Origin: Candidatus Parcubacteria bacterium
Lineage (GTDB): Bacteria > Patescibacteriota > Minisyncoccia > SURF-38
Assembly (NCBI GenBank): GCA_003599335.1
Contig: QZJN01000010.1
Span: 1-57,328, forward strand
Direction of reading: 5' to 3'
DNA: 57,328 bases
Notes under the pieces: generated by a model
What the model was told of the DNA's origin: nothing
What the model saw: only the letters and a program-made list of their open reading frames with translations
The model's database searches: none
Shown here: in pieces, positions 9,204 through 18,773 of the stretch
Position numbering within the stretch: the stretch's first letter is position 1
How the letters are laid out: every line of letters starts with the position of its first letter
Position numbers and translations under genes: made by a program

Positions 9204-10514
9204 TTAAAGCTTATTTTTTACTTCATTATCAAGACTCCCCGCTCCCATAAATACAAAGGTTGTTTTTTGAGGGTAGCCCGAATTTTTAATATGTTTTAAA
9301 ACTTGTTCAAATTTTTTAAAATAAAAAATCTTTTTCAATCTGCTTTTTTTGGAAATAATTTTTCTTACCGCAACGGCAAGTTCTTTGCTTGTTTTATTGT
9401 GCTTTAAAAGCTTATCCCGACCAAGAACTATATATTCGGGCAGTAAAATAAGTTCGTCTGCTTCAATAAAAGATGCCGGGTATTCTTTAAACAACCTTGT
9501 TAATCTATCCTGCTGATGGGGTTGGAAAACACATATTAATTTTTGCCCAGGGTATCTTTCTCTAAGACCTTGCAGTGTCGCGGCAATTTCAGTTGGGTGA
9601 TGAGCGTAATCACTGAAGATTAAAAATTTCTTCAGAGCCTTGTGCCTTGGCTTGACCAATTCCATCCTTCTCCAAGCGCCATTATATTCTTGCAATGATG
9701 CCCTTATCAGTTCTTTTGAAATTCCCAAATACAAAGCTGCTTTGGAGGCCGCTTCAGCATTAAGCTGATTATGCAACCCCAAAATTTTCAAAGGATACTT
9801 TCCCCCGGATGACGTACCAAAAAAAATTAACTTCCTCTTCAAACCAACCAGGGCCTTTAAAACGTTCTTATCTTTGCCATTGGCAATAATTTTTCCATCA
9901 GGAGAAACGTTTAACAAAAATTTCTTAAAGGCGCTGATAACCCAGTTTATATTTTTATATATATCAAGATGTTCGCTATCAATATTGGTAACGACTGCGA
10001 TATTAGAAAAGTAATTATGAAAGGCTCTCGCATATTCATCGGCTTCAACCACTAAATATTTGCTTTTACCAAGACGAAAATTGTTGTTTCCAAATTCCCT
10101 AAGCTTTGTGCCGACTATAACCGTCGGGTCAAAGCCGGCTTTAACCAGAATTAAGGCCACCATCGCCGTCGTGGTGCTTTTTCCGTGGGATCCCGAAACC
10201 GCAATTGTAAAATATTTTTTTGTCAACTCTCCAAGAGCTTGAGCGTAAGTTTTGATTATGATTTTTGAATCTTTGGCTCTTTTTAATTCCGGGTTTGAAG
10301 AACCAATAGCGGCTGAATAAATGATAAGTTTGGTTTTGAGAGAGATGTTTTTAGCTTTATGGCCCAAAAAAATCTTTACTCCCATTTTTCTGAGCCTCTC
10401 CAAAACTTCGGAAAATGTTGCATCAGACCCAGATACCTGATAACCTTGATGCACAAAATACTGCGCCAAAGCGCTCATTCCTATACCACCGATACCAATA
10501 AAATGGATTTTCAT
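9204..10514 (-). CDS. murC: UDP-N-acetylmuramate--L-alanine ligase
   Basis: HFIGIGGIGMSALA, GSHGKSTTT, EADEY, DYAHHPTEI, FQPH. Confidence 0.95.
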   Translation of the reverse strand: MKIHFIGIGGIGMSALAQYFVHQGYQVSGSDATFSEVLERLRKMGVKIFLGHKAKNISLKTKLIIYSAAIGSSNPELKRAKDSKIIIKTYAQALGELTKKYFTIAVSGSHGKSTTTAMVALILVKAGFDPTVIVGTKLREFGNNNFRLGKSKYLVVEADEYARAFHNYFSNIAVVTNIDSEHLDIYKNINWVISAFKKFLLNVSPDGKIIANGKDKNVLKALVGLKRKLIFFGTSSGGKYPLKILGLHNQLNAEAASKAALYLGISKELIRASLQEYNGAWRRMELVKPRHKALKKFLIFSDYAHHPTEIAATLQGLRERYPGQKLICVFQPHQQDRLTRLFKEYPASFIEADELILLPEYIVLGRDKLLKHNKTSKELAVAVRKIISKKSRLKKIFYFKKFEQVLKHIKNSGYPQKTTFVFMGAGSLDNEVKNKL

Positions 10515-10528
10515 AACCCATTAATTGT

Positions 10529-11590
10529 ATGAAAATTTTAGCCATAGAAACAAGCTGTGACGAAACTTCAATAGCCATTGTTGAGGCTTGGATGGTTGCC
10601 AAAAACACCCCAAAATTTAAAATCGTAGCAAATACAATATCATCCCAGGTTAAACTTCATGCCCAATACGGCGGCGTCGTTCCAAATCTGGCCTCAAGAG
10701 AACACCTTAAAAATTTAATACCTGTTTTTGAAGAGACGCTTAAAAAGGCTTCGATAAAAAAGCAGGATATTCCAAAAAAAATACAGCTTCTGGCCGTAAC
10801 TGTTGGCCCGGGACTTATTCCATCGCTTATTGTCGGGGTTAACTTTGCAAAAACACTCGGGCTTATAACAAATTTGCCTATTGTCGGAACGAATCATCTT
10901 GAAGGACATATCTATTCTAATTGGCTTGATCATTCTCAAGAAATAAACTTTCCGGCCCTGAATTTAATTGTTTCTGGCGGCCATACTCAACTTGTCCTAA
11001 TGAAAGATTGTTTTAAGTATAGGCTACTTGGCGAAACAAGAGACGATGCAGCTGGAGAAGCTTTTGATAAAATTGCAAGATTGCTTGGCCTTGGATACCC
11101 CGGCGGTCCGGCAATAGATAAAGCTTCTCAAAATGGCAACCCTGAAGCTTTCAAACTGCCGCGACCAATGATTGATTCAAAAGATTTTGAATTCAGCTTT
11201 GCCGGTCTTAAAACGGCTGTTTTGTATATGACTAGAACCATGACCAGCGAAGAAATTTCCCAAAAAACGCCGGGTATAGCCGCAAGCGCCCAACAAGCCA
11301 TAGTTGATGTTTTGATCTCAAAAACATTGGGAGCGGCCCAACAATATAAGGCCAAAACAATTATGGTTTCTGGCGGTGTTGCGGCAAATAAAAAACTGCG
11401 GGAAATTTTGACAAAAAAATCTACGGTGCCAGCATTTTTTCCTCCGATTGAGCTGGCCACCGACAACGCAGCAATGATAGCTATGGCCGCTTATTTTAAT
11501 TTTCTCAATAAAAAATCTCCTTCTGTGCAAGCGGGTTGGCCCTGGGAACAAATAGAAGCCGATTCAAACTTGCAGCTTAAAACGTCTTAG
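10529..11590 (+). CDS. tsaD: tRNA N6-adenosine threonylcarbamoyltransferase TsaD
   Basis: ILAIETSCDET, HLEGH, VSGGHT, DDAAGEAFDK, TDNAAMIA. Confidence 0.97.
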   Translation: MKILAIETSCDETSIAIVEAWMVAKNTPKFKIVANTISSQVKLHAQYGGVVPNLASREHLKNLIPVFEETLKKASIKKQDIPKKIQLLAVTVGPGLIPSLIVGVNFAKTLGLITNLPIVGTNHLEGHIYSNWLDHSQEINFPALNLIVSGGHTQLVLMKDCFKYRLLGETRDDAAGEAFDKIARLLGLGYPGGPAIDKASQNGNPEAFKLPRPMIDSKDFEFSFAGLKTAVLYMTRTMTSEEISQKTPGIAASAQQAIVDVLISKTLGAAQQYKAKTIMVSGGVAANKKLREILTKKSTVPAFFPPIELATDNAAMIAMAAYFNFLNKKSPSVQAGWPWEQIEADSNLQLKTS

Positions 11591-11617
11591 AGTTTCTGGA
11601 TGGGTTATAATTAGACC

Positions 11618-13690
11618 ATGAATAAGACAGAGGCCGAGTACAAACCCTACGATCCAAAGGAAACCGAGCCAAGAATATACAAATTGTGGGAAGACTCGGG
11701 ATTTTTCAATCCCGACAACCTGCCCGGAAAAAGGGATAAAAACTTTGTAATAATGTTACCTCCTCCAAACGTAACTGGTTCTTTGCATATGGGACATGCT
11801 CTTGAACACTCTCTGTCTGATGCAATTATTCGTTGGAAAAGAATGAAGGGATTTAAAACTTTGTGGCTGCCGGGAACCGATCATGCCGGAATTGCAACCC
11901 AAAATGTTGTTGAAAAAGAGATCAAAAAAGAAGGCTTATCGCGACACAAACTCGGTAGGGATAAATTTCTTGAGAGAGTCTGGGCTTGGAAAGAAAAATA
12001 CGGAAACGCCATAGTGGAGCAAATGAAAAAGCTTGGCAACTCCCTTGATTGGTCCAGAATCCGCTTCACAATGGATGAAAATTATCAAAAAGCCGTCAAA
12101 GAAGCTTTCTTGCACTACCATAAAAAAGGACTGATATATCAGGGAGAAAGAACTGTTAATTGGTGCACGCGTTGCGGCACTTCCCTTTCGGATCTCGAAC
12201 TTAACTATTCGGATGAAAAAGCAATCTTATATCATATAAAATACGGGCCGTTAACTTTAGCAACTGTTCGCCCAGAAACAAAGCTCGGCGACACCGGAGT
12301 GGCCGTGCATCCGGAAGACAAACGTTATCAAAAATATATAGGCAAAGAAATTGAAATCGAATCGGTCGAAGGTAAAGCAAAAATGAAGGTTGTTGCAGAC
12401 GAAAGAGTTGATCCGGAATTTGGCACCGGCGTTATTAAAGTTACGCCGGCTCATGATATTTTGGATTTTGAGATCGGACAAAAAAATAATTTACCCGTAA
12501 AATCGGTTATAGGACCTGATGGAAAAATGAATGAAAACGCCGGACCGTATAAAGGACTGTCGGTGATCGAGGCCAGAAAAAAAATCGTTGAGGATATGAA
12601 ACTAAAAGGTCTTATTGTAAAAGAAGAGGAATACCAACACAGAGTCGCGAAATGCTATCGCTGCGACACGATCATCGAACCCCTGCCTTCAAAACAATGG
12701 TTTTTGAAAATATCTGATGAAAAACATTCCCTGGCCAAAACAGCTATCGAGGCTGTAAAAAAAGGAAGGATTAAAATAAGCCCGAAAAAATGGGAGAAAG
12801 TTTATTTTGATTGGCTTGAGAATATAAAAGACTGGAACATATCTCGCCAAATCTGGTGGGGACATAAAATCCCCATAGATGGGGTTGATGATGTTCTTGA
12901 TACCTGGTTTTCCTCGGCTTTATGGCCTTTTGCAACCCTTGGCTGGCCCGAAAAAACCTCTGATTTAAAAACTTTTTATCCAACAACCTTTATGACTTCT
13001 GCCCGAGATATACTTCACCTTTGGATCACAAGAATGATTTTTTCCGGCCTTGAATTTATGAATAAAGAACCTTTTGGAGAAGTTTACATACACCCGACAG
13101 TTCTTACAAAGACTGGCAAACGAATGAGTAAATCCTTAGGAACGGGCATAGACCCGCTTGAATTGATTGAAAAATACGGAGCTGACGCAACAAGATTCGG
13201 TTTGTTATGGCAAGTGCTTGGCGGACAAGATATAAGGTTTGGGGAAGAATCGGCAGTGGCCGGTAAAAAATTTGCCAACAAAATATGGAATGCAGGAAGA
13301 TTTTTAATACCGCAACTAAACCCCAACATTAAATACAATCTAAAATGGCCGAAAAATAACGAGACCGAGCTTGATAAACAAATGAGGTCTGATTTGGCCG
13401 GACTTATAAGCAAGGTTGATAAAGGACTTTCAGACTTTGAATTTGGTGATGCCTTGCATGAGTTATACGAATATTTCTGGAAGAAATTCGCCGACGTTTA
13501 TATAGAAGACATAAAAAAACGAAAAGATCAGGATGCCACGCATCGCGCATTTATTATATATGCAACATTGCTTAAACTTTTGCATCCGTTTATGCCGTTT
13601 GTGACAGAGGCTATTTATGATAAACTTCCTATAGAGAATAAACTTCTCCTTGTGGTTGAAAATTGGCCGCAGGCCGAGGAGCTTAAATGA
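11618..13690 (+). CDS. valS: Valine--tRNA ligase (compact, no C-terminal coiled coil)
   Basis: PPPNVTGSLHMGH, GTDHAGIATQ, DWNISRQIWWGH, RMSKS. Confidence 0.96.
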   Translation: MNKTEAEYKPYDPKETEPRIYKLWEDSGFFNPDNLPGKRDKNFVIMLPPPNVTGSLHMGHALEHSLSDAIIRWKRMKGFKTLWLPGTDHAGIATQNVVEKEIKKEGLSRHKLGRDKFLERVWAWKEKYGNAIVEQMKKLGNSLDWSRIRFTMDENYQKAVKEAFLHYHKKGLIYQGERTVNWCTRCGTSLSDLELNYSDEKAILYHIKYGPLTLATVRPETKLGDTGVAVHPEDKRYQKYIGKEIEIESVEGKAKMKVVADERVDPEFGTGVIKVTPAHDILDFEIGQKNNLPVKSVIGPDGKMNENAGPYKGLSVIEARKKIVEDMKLKGLIVKEEEYQHRVAKCYRCDTIIEPLPSKQWFLKISDEKHSLAKTAIEAVKKGRIKISPKKWEKVYFDWLENIKDWNISRQIWWGHKIPIDGVDDVLDTWFSSALWPFATLGWPEKTSDLKTFYPTTFMTSARDILHLWITRMIFSGLEFMNKEPFGEVYIHPTVLTKTGKRMSKSLGTGIDPLELIEKYGADATRFGLLWQVLGGQDIRFGEESAVAGKKFANKIWNAGRFLIPQLNPNIKYNLKWPKNNETELDKQMRSDLAGLISKVDKGLSDFEFGDALHELYEYFWKKFADVYIEDIKKRKDQDATHRAFIIYATLLKLLHPFMPFVTEAIYDKLPIENKLLLVVENWPQAEELK

Positions 13691-14448
13691 CTGGCACAAC
13701 ACTCTTATATATAATCGTTGGTTTTCTGCCATCAATAGTCTGGCTGTTTTTTTATTTAAGAGAAGACGCACATCCGGAGCCAAACAGGCTTGTTGTTTTG
13801 GTTTTTTTTCTGGGGATGCTGACTGCTCCCATTGCCGTTGGAGCAGAGTATCTTTTTGTGAAAGCCTTAAATCTTCTTAACATATCAACCGCTGTCCAGG
13901 TTTCCGATTTAATAAGGGTGCCAACATTAATTGTTTTGCTTGGCATAAGCGCAATTGAAGAACTTCTTAAATATTCTGTCGTCAAGCTAAGAATTTTGCA
14001 CGACAAAGAGTTTGACGAGCCGGTTGATGCCATGATATATATGGTGATAGCTGCGCTTGGTTTTGCTGCTGTTGAAAACATTTTATTTATTGCCGGTCCG
14101 TTTCAACAATCTCTCGCTCAAGGCTTCACGGTAATTTTGGCAAGATTTTTAGGAGCAACTTTCTTGCATGCCCTTGCTTCGGCGATGATAGGATTTTATA
14201 TAGCTCTTGCTATTTTACATAAAGTCAAACACCATCACGGACATCTTGTGCAAGGCCTCATGCTTGCAGTCGCATTCCACACACTTTACAATTGGTTAAT
14301 CCTTCAGAATCAACCTCTTCTTGTCGGAATGCTCCTGCTTTTGGTTGCATTCCTTATAGGAAAAGCCTTCCAAAACTTACGTAGAAAAGTCTTTAAACCA
14401 ACAAACTATTATTCTAACTTCCAAACATGGCAAAAAAATCCTTTTTAG
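13687..14448 (+). CDS. PrsW-family intramembrane metalloprotease
   Basis: EELLK, GFAAVEN, HAL and FHTLYN motifs. Confidence 0.9.
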   Translation: MTGTTLLYIIVGFLPSIVWLFFYLREDAHPEPNRLVVLVFFLGMLTAPIAVGAEYLFVKALNLLNISTAVQVSDLIRVPTLIVLLGISAIEELLKYSVVKLRILHDKEFDEPVDAMIYMVIAALGFAAVENILFIAGPFQQSLAQGFTVILARFLGATFLHALASAMIGFYIALAILHKVKHHHGHLVQGLMLAVAFHTLYNWLILQNQPLLVGMLLLLVAFLIGKAFQNLRRKVFKPTNYYSNFQTWQKNPF

Positions 14449-14897
14449 AAAAATTCGCAGGCTCTCAATCGGAGGAAATATCATATAACGATGAGGCCGC
14501 GGAACTGGCTCTGGCTTCTCGCGTAAAAACGCCGAGGGTCCAGGAAGACGTCTTGGCCGAAGAAGAAGGCCAATTAACTTTGGATGTTTACCAGACGCCA
14601 TCTGAAGTAATAATCAAATCAACCATAGCCGGAGTTGATCCAAATGATCTTGATATTTCTATAAACAACGATATGGTCACAATCCGCGGCACAAGACATA
14701 AAGACGAAGAAGTCGATTCGGAAGAATATTATTACCAGGAACTTTATTGGGGCTCTTTTTCAAGATCTGTCATTCTGCCGGTTGAAGTTGATGCCGATGA
14801 AGCCGAGGCTTCAATGAAAAACGGAATTTTAACCATAAAATTGCCGAAGCTTGATAAAGAAAAACATAGAAAACTAAAGGTAAAAAACCAAGGTTAA
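14427..14897 (+). CDS. Hsp20/alpha-crystallin small heat-shock protein
   Basis: WGSFSRSVILP, ASMKNGILTIKLPK. Confidence 0.92.
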   Translation: MAKKSFLEKFAGSQSEEISYNDEAAELALASRVKTPRVQEDVLAEEEGQLTLDVYQTPSEVIIKSTIAGVDPNDLDISINNDMVTIRGTRHKDEEVDSEEYYYQELYWGSFSRSVILPVEVDADEAEASMKNGILTIKLPKLDKEKHRKLKVKNQG

Positions 14898-14899
14898 TT

Positions 14900-14937
14900 A
14901 AACCAAAAACCTCCGAATTATCGGAGGTTTTTGGTTT
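14900..14937. terminator. Bidirectional intrinsic terminator
   Basis: AAACCAAAAACCTCCGA-ATTA-TCGGAGGTTTTTGGTTT. Confidence 0.8.
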
Positions 14938-14940
14938 TTA

Positions 14941-15068
14941 GTGGGCTGGGAGAGATTTGGTCACAACTCTTTTGTTTTAACAAAAGGTCGCGACCCCGCC
15001 TCGTCTGCAAAGCATGACTCCGGCATTCAAATCCCTACGCAAGCCAAGCAGTTGGCTTGCTCCAGATT
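14941..15068 (-). repeat. tRNA-3'-associated structured element, copy B, ending in a duplicate of the tRNA-Leu 3' end
   Basis: 14941-14959 matches 15069-15087 at 18/19; shares the 27-nt hairpin and CGAGGCGGGGYCGMGA with copy A. Confidence 0.85.
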
Positions 15069-15069
15069 G

Positions 15070-15152
15070 TGGGCGGGGAGAGATTTGAACTCTCACGAGA
15101 TTACTCTCACTAGCTCCTAAGGCTAGCGCGTCTGCCGTTCCGCCACCCGCCC
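15070..15152 (-). tRNA. tRNA-Leu (anticodon TAG)
   Basis: GGGCGGG/CCCGCCC acceptor; CTAGC-CTTAGGA-GCTAG anticodon arm; variable arm. Confidence 0.95.
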
Positions 15153-15281
15153 GTATAAATCATTATTACAGCTTAAATAAAGGCTGACAAATACTTGACT
15201 TTTTAGTATTTCTATGATAATATCATAACTGTTCATTTCGCTCTTTTCAAGTTCAAAATCCAAACACAAGAGAGGTGAAAA

Positions 15282-16400
15282 ATGGAGTCACTGATTTTGC
15301 TGCTCGTGATTATCGGGGTTGGCATGCTCGTGTTGGCGTGGTCAGCGCCGATCCCGACAAATTACGTCGGGGTTGAAACTATCTTCGGCAACCGGTTCTT
15401 CTTTGGCCGGGCCAAGATACGGGTCCTGCCGGAAGGCTTGGGGTGGCGAACATTTCCAAGACCAATTTCCACAATTCTTCGGATTCCTCTGTTACAGGAA
15501 CTCGATGAAGAAGTTTCTGTCGAGGCTTACACAGCCTATGCAGAAGTAACAGAGCCTGGTAAAGAAAGTCCTGCCGGCGAATTGGCGTTAGTAACGTGGG
15601 AGCTTGCTTTTAAGTGGCGGGCTTCGCGTTACCCATCGCGTCTGCGTCGCTTTGTAGAGCTCTCAACGGATGCATTGATGGAAGGCAAAGATGTCAAAAC
15701 CTTTACCATCAATGCCGCCATCGTTGATCTCAAAAACCTCCTTCTCAGCCTGACCAGTCAAGTTGGCCCAGCCCACGTCCTTGATTGTATCGAGGAATTC
15801 GGGCTGATCCTAAACCTTTTTTCAAGAGGGAAAGTGAAGGACGAGGAGCTTGAGAATTGGCTAGACTATTTTCGTAAAACTCCGACCGACCGCGAGGAAC
15901 TCCGCAAAGATCTTCGCAAGAAAGTCGGGGAAATCGACAAACAGGACAGACTGGAGGGGAAGTGGACTCAGGCCGACTTTGCCAGAGCTGAAACCGAGGA
16001 AGAAACTGGCCAGCGAGAACTACACATTTCCCCCATCGAGGACGGCGTAGGCATCTCAATCGAGAAGGTCAGTATCAAGAAACGGAAGTTCGACAAAAAA
16101 ACTGACGATGCCTTCCATGCCAAAGTGCGCCAGAGCCGCAAAGCACAAGGGGCCGCGGCGACTGTCGACGCCATGAAAAAATTGGCGGAACAACTCCCAG
16201 CCGGCCTCACCCCTGCAGAGCGTGCTCGCTATGCTGCAATGGCCCTCGAGCTGCCTGTTTCAACTATCGCCATCGACACTCGAGAAGGTGGCTCTCCCCC
16301 ATTCGTGATAGTTCAAACCCCAACCTCCCAACCGTCCCAACAACCACCGACCAAAGCAAAAAAGGGTAGGAGCGGTAAGGTCGGAGAGGAGGAGAACTGA
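15282..16400 (+). CDS. Divergent SPFH/band-7-like membrane protein
   Basis: N-terminal TM then IPTNYVGVETIFG...RVLPEGLGW; GISIEKVSIK followed by an Ala-rich helix; SD GAGAGG. Confidence 0.6.
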   Translation: MESLILLLVIIGVGMLVLAWSAPIPTNYVGVETIFGNRFFFGRAKIRVLPEGLGWRTFPRPISTILRIPLLQELDEEVSVEAYTAYAEVTEPGKESPAGELALVTWELAFKWRASRYPSRLRRFVELSTDALMEGKDVKTFTINAAIVDLKNLLLSLTSQVGPAHVLDCIEEFGLILNLFSRGKVKDEELENWLDYFRKTPTDREELRKDLRKKVGEIDKQDRLEGKWTQADFARAETEEETGQRELHISPIEDGVGISIEKVSIKKRKFDKKTDDAFHAKVRQSRKAQGAAATVDAMKKLAEQLPAGLTPAERARYAAMALELPVSTIAIDTREGGSPPFVIVQTPTSQPSQQPPTKAKKGRSGKVGEEEN

Positions 16401-16402
16401 CC

Positions 16403-17419
16403 ATGGCACAGCAAGCACAACGCTTCAACGAAGACACGGTTCTATTTGAGGGTTGGTTCAAAACTCTCAAAGTTCTGTTCTTCATTCTTCTCGTGATTAC
16501 ACTTGTCGCTTCGGCTATCCTCAAAGCCTGCCCGGGTAAATCTCCCGAGCAGACCAGGAACGAGACGACAAAACAGCAGGTCGCCCAAGCCGCAACCAGC
16601 GAGCTTGCCTACCAGCAACTCGTTGCCGATGCAACAAAGATGAACAGCGCCAAGACTTACCCACAAGGGAACGCCCTGGAGCCGCCGACCATCATTCATG
16701 AGCGCAACTCTCGCGAGGTGGAAATCTCAATCAACGGAACCAACGAATACTTCGTTGACCCGAAGATTCGCTTTCACCAAACAGGTATGAGCTTTAGGCT
16801 TGAAGCCGGCCAACAACTCGCCATCATGGCGCGTTGCCTCAACGACCAAGAGCTGGATTACAACGCTTGGGGCAATGGCACCAAAGTCTGGGGCCTACCT
16901 AGAGGGCTTTACCGCCTCATGACCAAAGAAGATCAAATTGCTTTTTTTGAACGCGAGGTGGTCCGGCCTTGGGTGAAATACCCTGGACGATTCTTTGGTG
17001 CTGCGGTTTTGGCCCTGATCGATCGCTCAAACAACCAGGCTTTTCCCGGCAATGTCGTTGCCTGGAAGGCTTTCCAGAGGGGAGAAACCCTGATTCATCT
17101 TAACTACACGGCTCAAAAAGCCGTTGAAGTTGAGGTGGTCATTCACAGAAATTTGCATCTGCAAGCTCCCTCATCTTCGGAGCCCGGGGTGTTGGAAAAC
17201 CAAAACCAATACTCCGGTTGGCGAGGCGCGCAATATTGGCGCTTCACCATCAATGTGCTGAACGGCCCCGAAGCTAAACCTCTCAACGGTGTAGTTCTTC
17301 TTTCGCCCCAAAAGCCAGAAACAAAAGGCTTTTGGGCAACGAAAACCCGAAGCTCTCCGAGCGATATTGCCCGGAGAGCTTCTTCCTTTTTAAAAACCAG
17401 TGAAACTAACGTTTACTGA
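16403..17419 (+). CDS. Hypothetical single-pass membrane/exported protein
   Basis: 338-aa ORF with one TM helix, SD GGAGG, immediately downstream of the preceding gene. Confidence 0.65.
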   Translation: MAQQAQRFNEDTVLFEGWFKTLKVLFFILLVITLVASAILKACPGKSPEQTRNETTKQQVAQAATSELAYQQLVADATKMNSAKTYPQGNALEPPTIIHERNSREVEISINGTNEYFVDPKIRFHQTGMSFRLEAGQQLAIMARCLNDQELDYNAWGNGTKVWGLPRGLYRLMTKEDQIAFFEREVVRPWVKYPGRFFGAAVLALIDRSNNQAFPGNVVAWKAFQRGETLIHLNYTAQKAVEVEVVIHRNLHLQAPSSSEPGVLENQNQYSGWRGAQYWRFTINVLNGPEAKPLNGVVLLSPQKPETKGFWATKTRSSPSDIARRASSFLKTSETNVY

Positions 17420-17754
17420 CCCAAGAGGACGTTTTCAACAATCGGAATAATTGAGCCTGCAATAATCGCAACAACAACACCGACAATTCCCCATTTGAGC
17501 CATGCACCCGCTTTCTTTCTTTGATCCTCGTTGCCACCAGCTGTCAGATACATAATGGCCGCGATCAAAATTGCAACAACAGCCAAAATACCAACAAGAA
17601 TGAATATCCAGTTCAACAAAACCTGCAACCAGTTTATGAAGTCTCCAATTCCGGTAATAGGCGCTGTGCCTGTTGGTATAGTAGTTACCTGAGCAGAAGC
17701 AACGGCTGGCGCAAACAAAACTGCAAGCGCAAGCAAGGATAATAACTTATACAT
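17413..17754 (-). CDS. VirB2/TrbC-like (CPR T4SS-type) pilin
   Basis: Signal peptide ending ASA-Q; two TM helices flanking YLTAGGNEDQRKKAG. Confidence 0.85.
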   Translation of the reverse strand: MYKLLSLLALAVLFAPAVASAQVTTIPTGTAPITGIGDFINWLQVLLNWIFILVGILAVVAILIAAIMYLTAGGNEDQRKKAGAWLKWGIVGVVVAIIAGSIIPIVENVLLGQ

Positions 17755-18009
17755 TTTTTATTTTAAATAAAGTTTTTTGGATTGTCTCTCCTTGCAATAT
17801 TTTGCAAAGAGAGAAAACGACCTTTTTCTATCTTTTTTAAGTTTCCTCCTACATAAGCATTATAAGTGATATTAATGGAAAAAGGAAACTAAAAAAATTG
17901 GTCAAAATTTATGAAATAAATGTTTGTAAAAAGCTTATCAATTATATAAGAATTATGAGGTTTTTCTGGTTTTCATACAAAAGAAGGTTATCCCCACTCG
18001 AATATCGAT

Positions 18010-18369
18010 TTATTGACCGAGTAAAATATTCTGAACAATTGTGATTATTGAACCGGCAAGAATGGCAACCGCTATACCGACAACGCCCCAGAACAAAAAA
18101 CCTTTGGCTTTGCGACGCGCCTCCTCGTTATCTCCAGACATCATAAATAATACCGCCGAATACAATATAACCATCACGGCTAGAATGCCAATTATCTGAA
18201 AAGCAAAAGTAACTATTTTACCAAGAGAAGTAACAACATCTCCGGTGCTTGTGATATTAACAGTTGGAATCTGCTGTTGGGCTTGCGCTAAACTACCAAC
18301 CAGAAAGAAACTGAAAATAACCACCATTGCCAAAAAAACAACTAATCTTCCCTTTATGTAATATTTCAT
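18010..18369 (-). CDS. VirB2/TrbC-like pilin
   Basis: Signal peptide ending AQA-Q; FMMSGDNEEARRKAKG between two TM helices. Confidence 0.82.
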   Translation of the reverse strand: MKYYIKGRLVVFLAMVVIFSFFLVGSLAQAQQQIPTVNITSTGDVVTSLGKIVTFAFQIIGILAVMVILYSAVLFMMSGDNEEARRKAKGFLFWGVVGIAVAILAGSIITIVQNILLGQ

Positions 18370-18391
18370 ACTTAATACTAAATACTAATTA

Positions 18392-18757
18392 CTAACTAAT
18401 GATTGACTGAATGAGCAAAACTATGCCTTTTGAAATCATTAGGATGATAATCCCGACAATTGCCCAAAGCAAAGCTTTATTTGCAGTTTTGATTTTCTCG
18501 GGGTTTCCTCCTGCGGTAAGATATAAAAACCCGGCCCAAAGCACAACCAATGTTGCCAATGGCAAACCAATAAAAAGCAAAAAATCAATAATATTATTTA
18601 CAACATCAGGAATGCCAAGCTGACAATTTGGCTGTCCAGATGGGCACAAAGGATTTGGAATGGTTACCGAAACTTGACTTGGAGGTTGGGCTTGAGCCAA
18701 AGCAACGGCTGGGATAAAAAGAACCGCCAAAAAGATAATGATTAAAAATCTATTCAT
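18392..18757 (-). CDS. VirB2/TrbC-like pilin
   Basis: Signal peptide ending ALA-Q; IPNPL; YLTAGGNPEKIKTANKAL. Confidence 0.85.
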   Translation of the reverse strand: MNRFLIIIFLAVLFIPAVALAQAQPPSQVSVTIPNPLCPSGQPNCQLGIPDVVNNIIDFLLFIGLPLATLVVLWAGFLYLTAGGNPEKIKTANKALLWAIVGIIILMISKGIVLLIQSIIS

Positions 18758-18773
18758 AAAAGTTCGTAAATGG

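Noticed and set aside
11618-13690. Short ValS (and short IF2 at 31674-33197) as pseudogenes
   Set aside because: Catalytic motifs are intact, and such trimming is ordinary in streamlined genomes.
14941-17419. Prophage or integrative element at tRNA-Leu
   Set aside because: The tRNA 3' duplicate is only ~130 bp away, the foreign-looking genes lie on the tRNA's 5' side, and there is no integrase.
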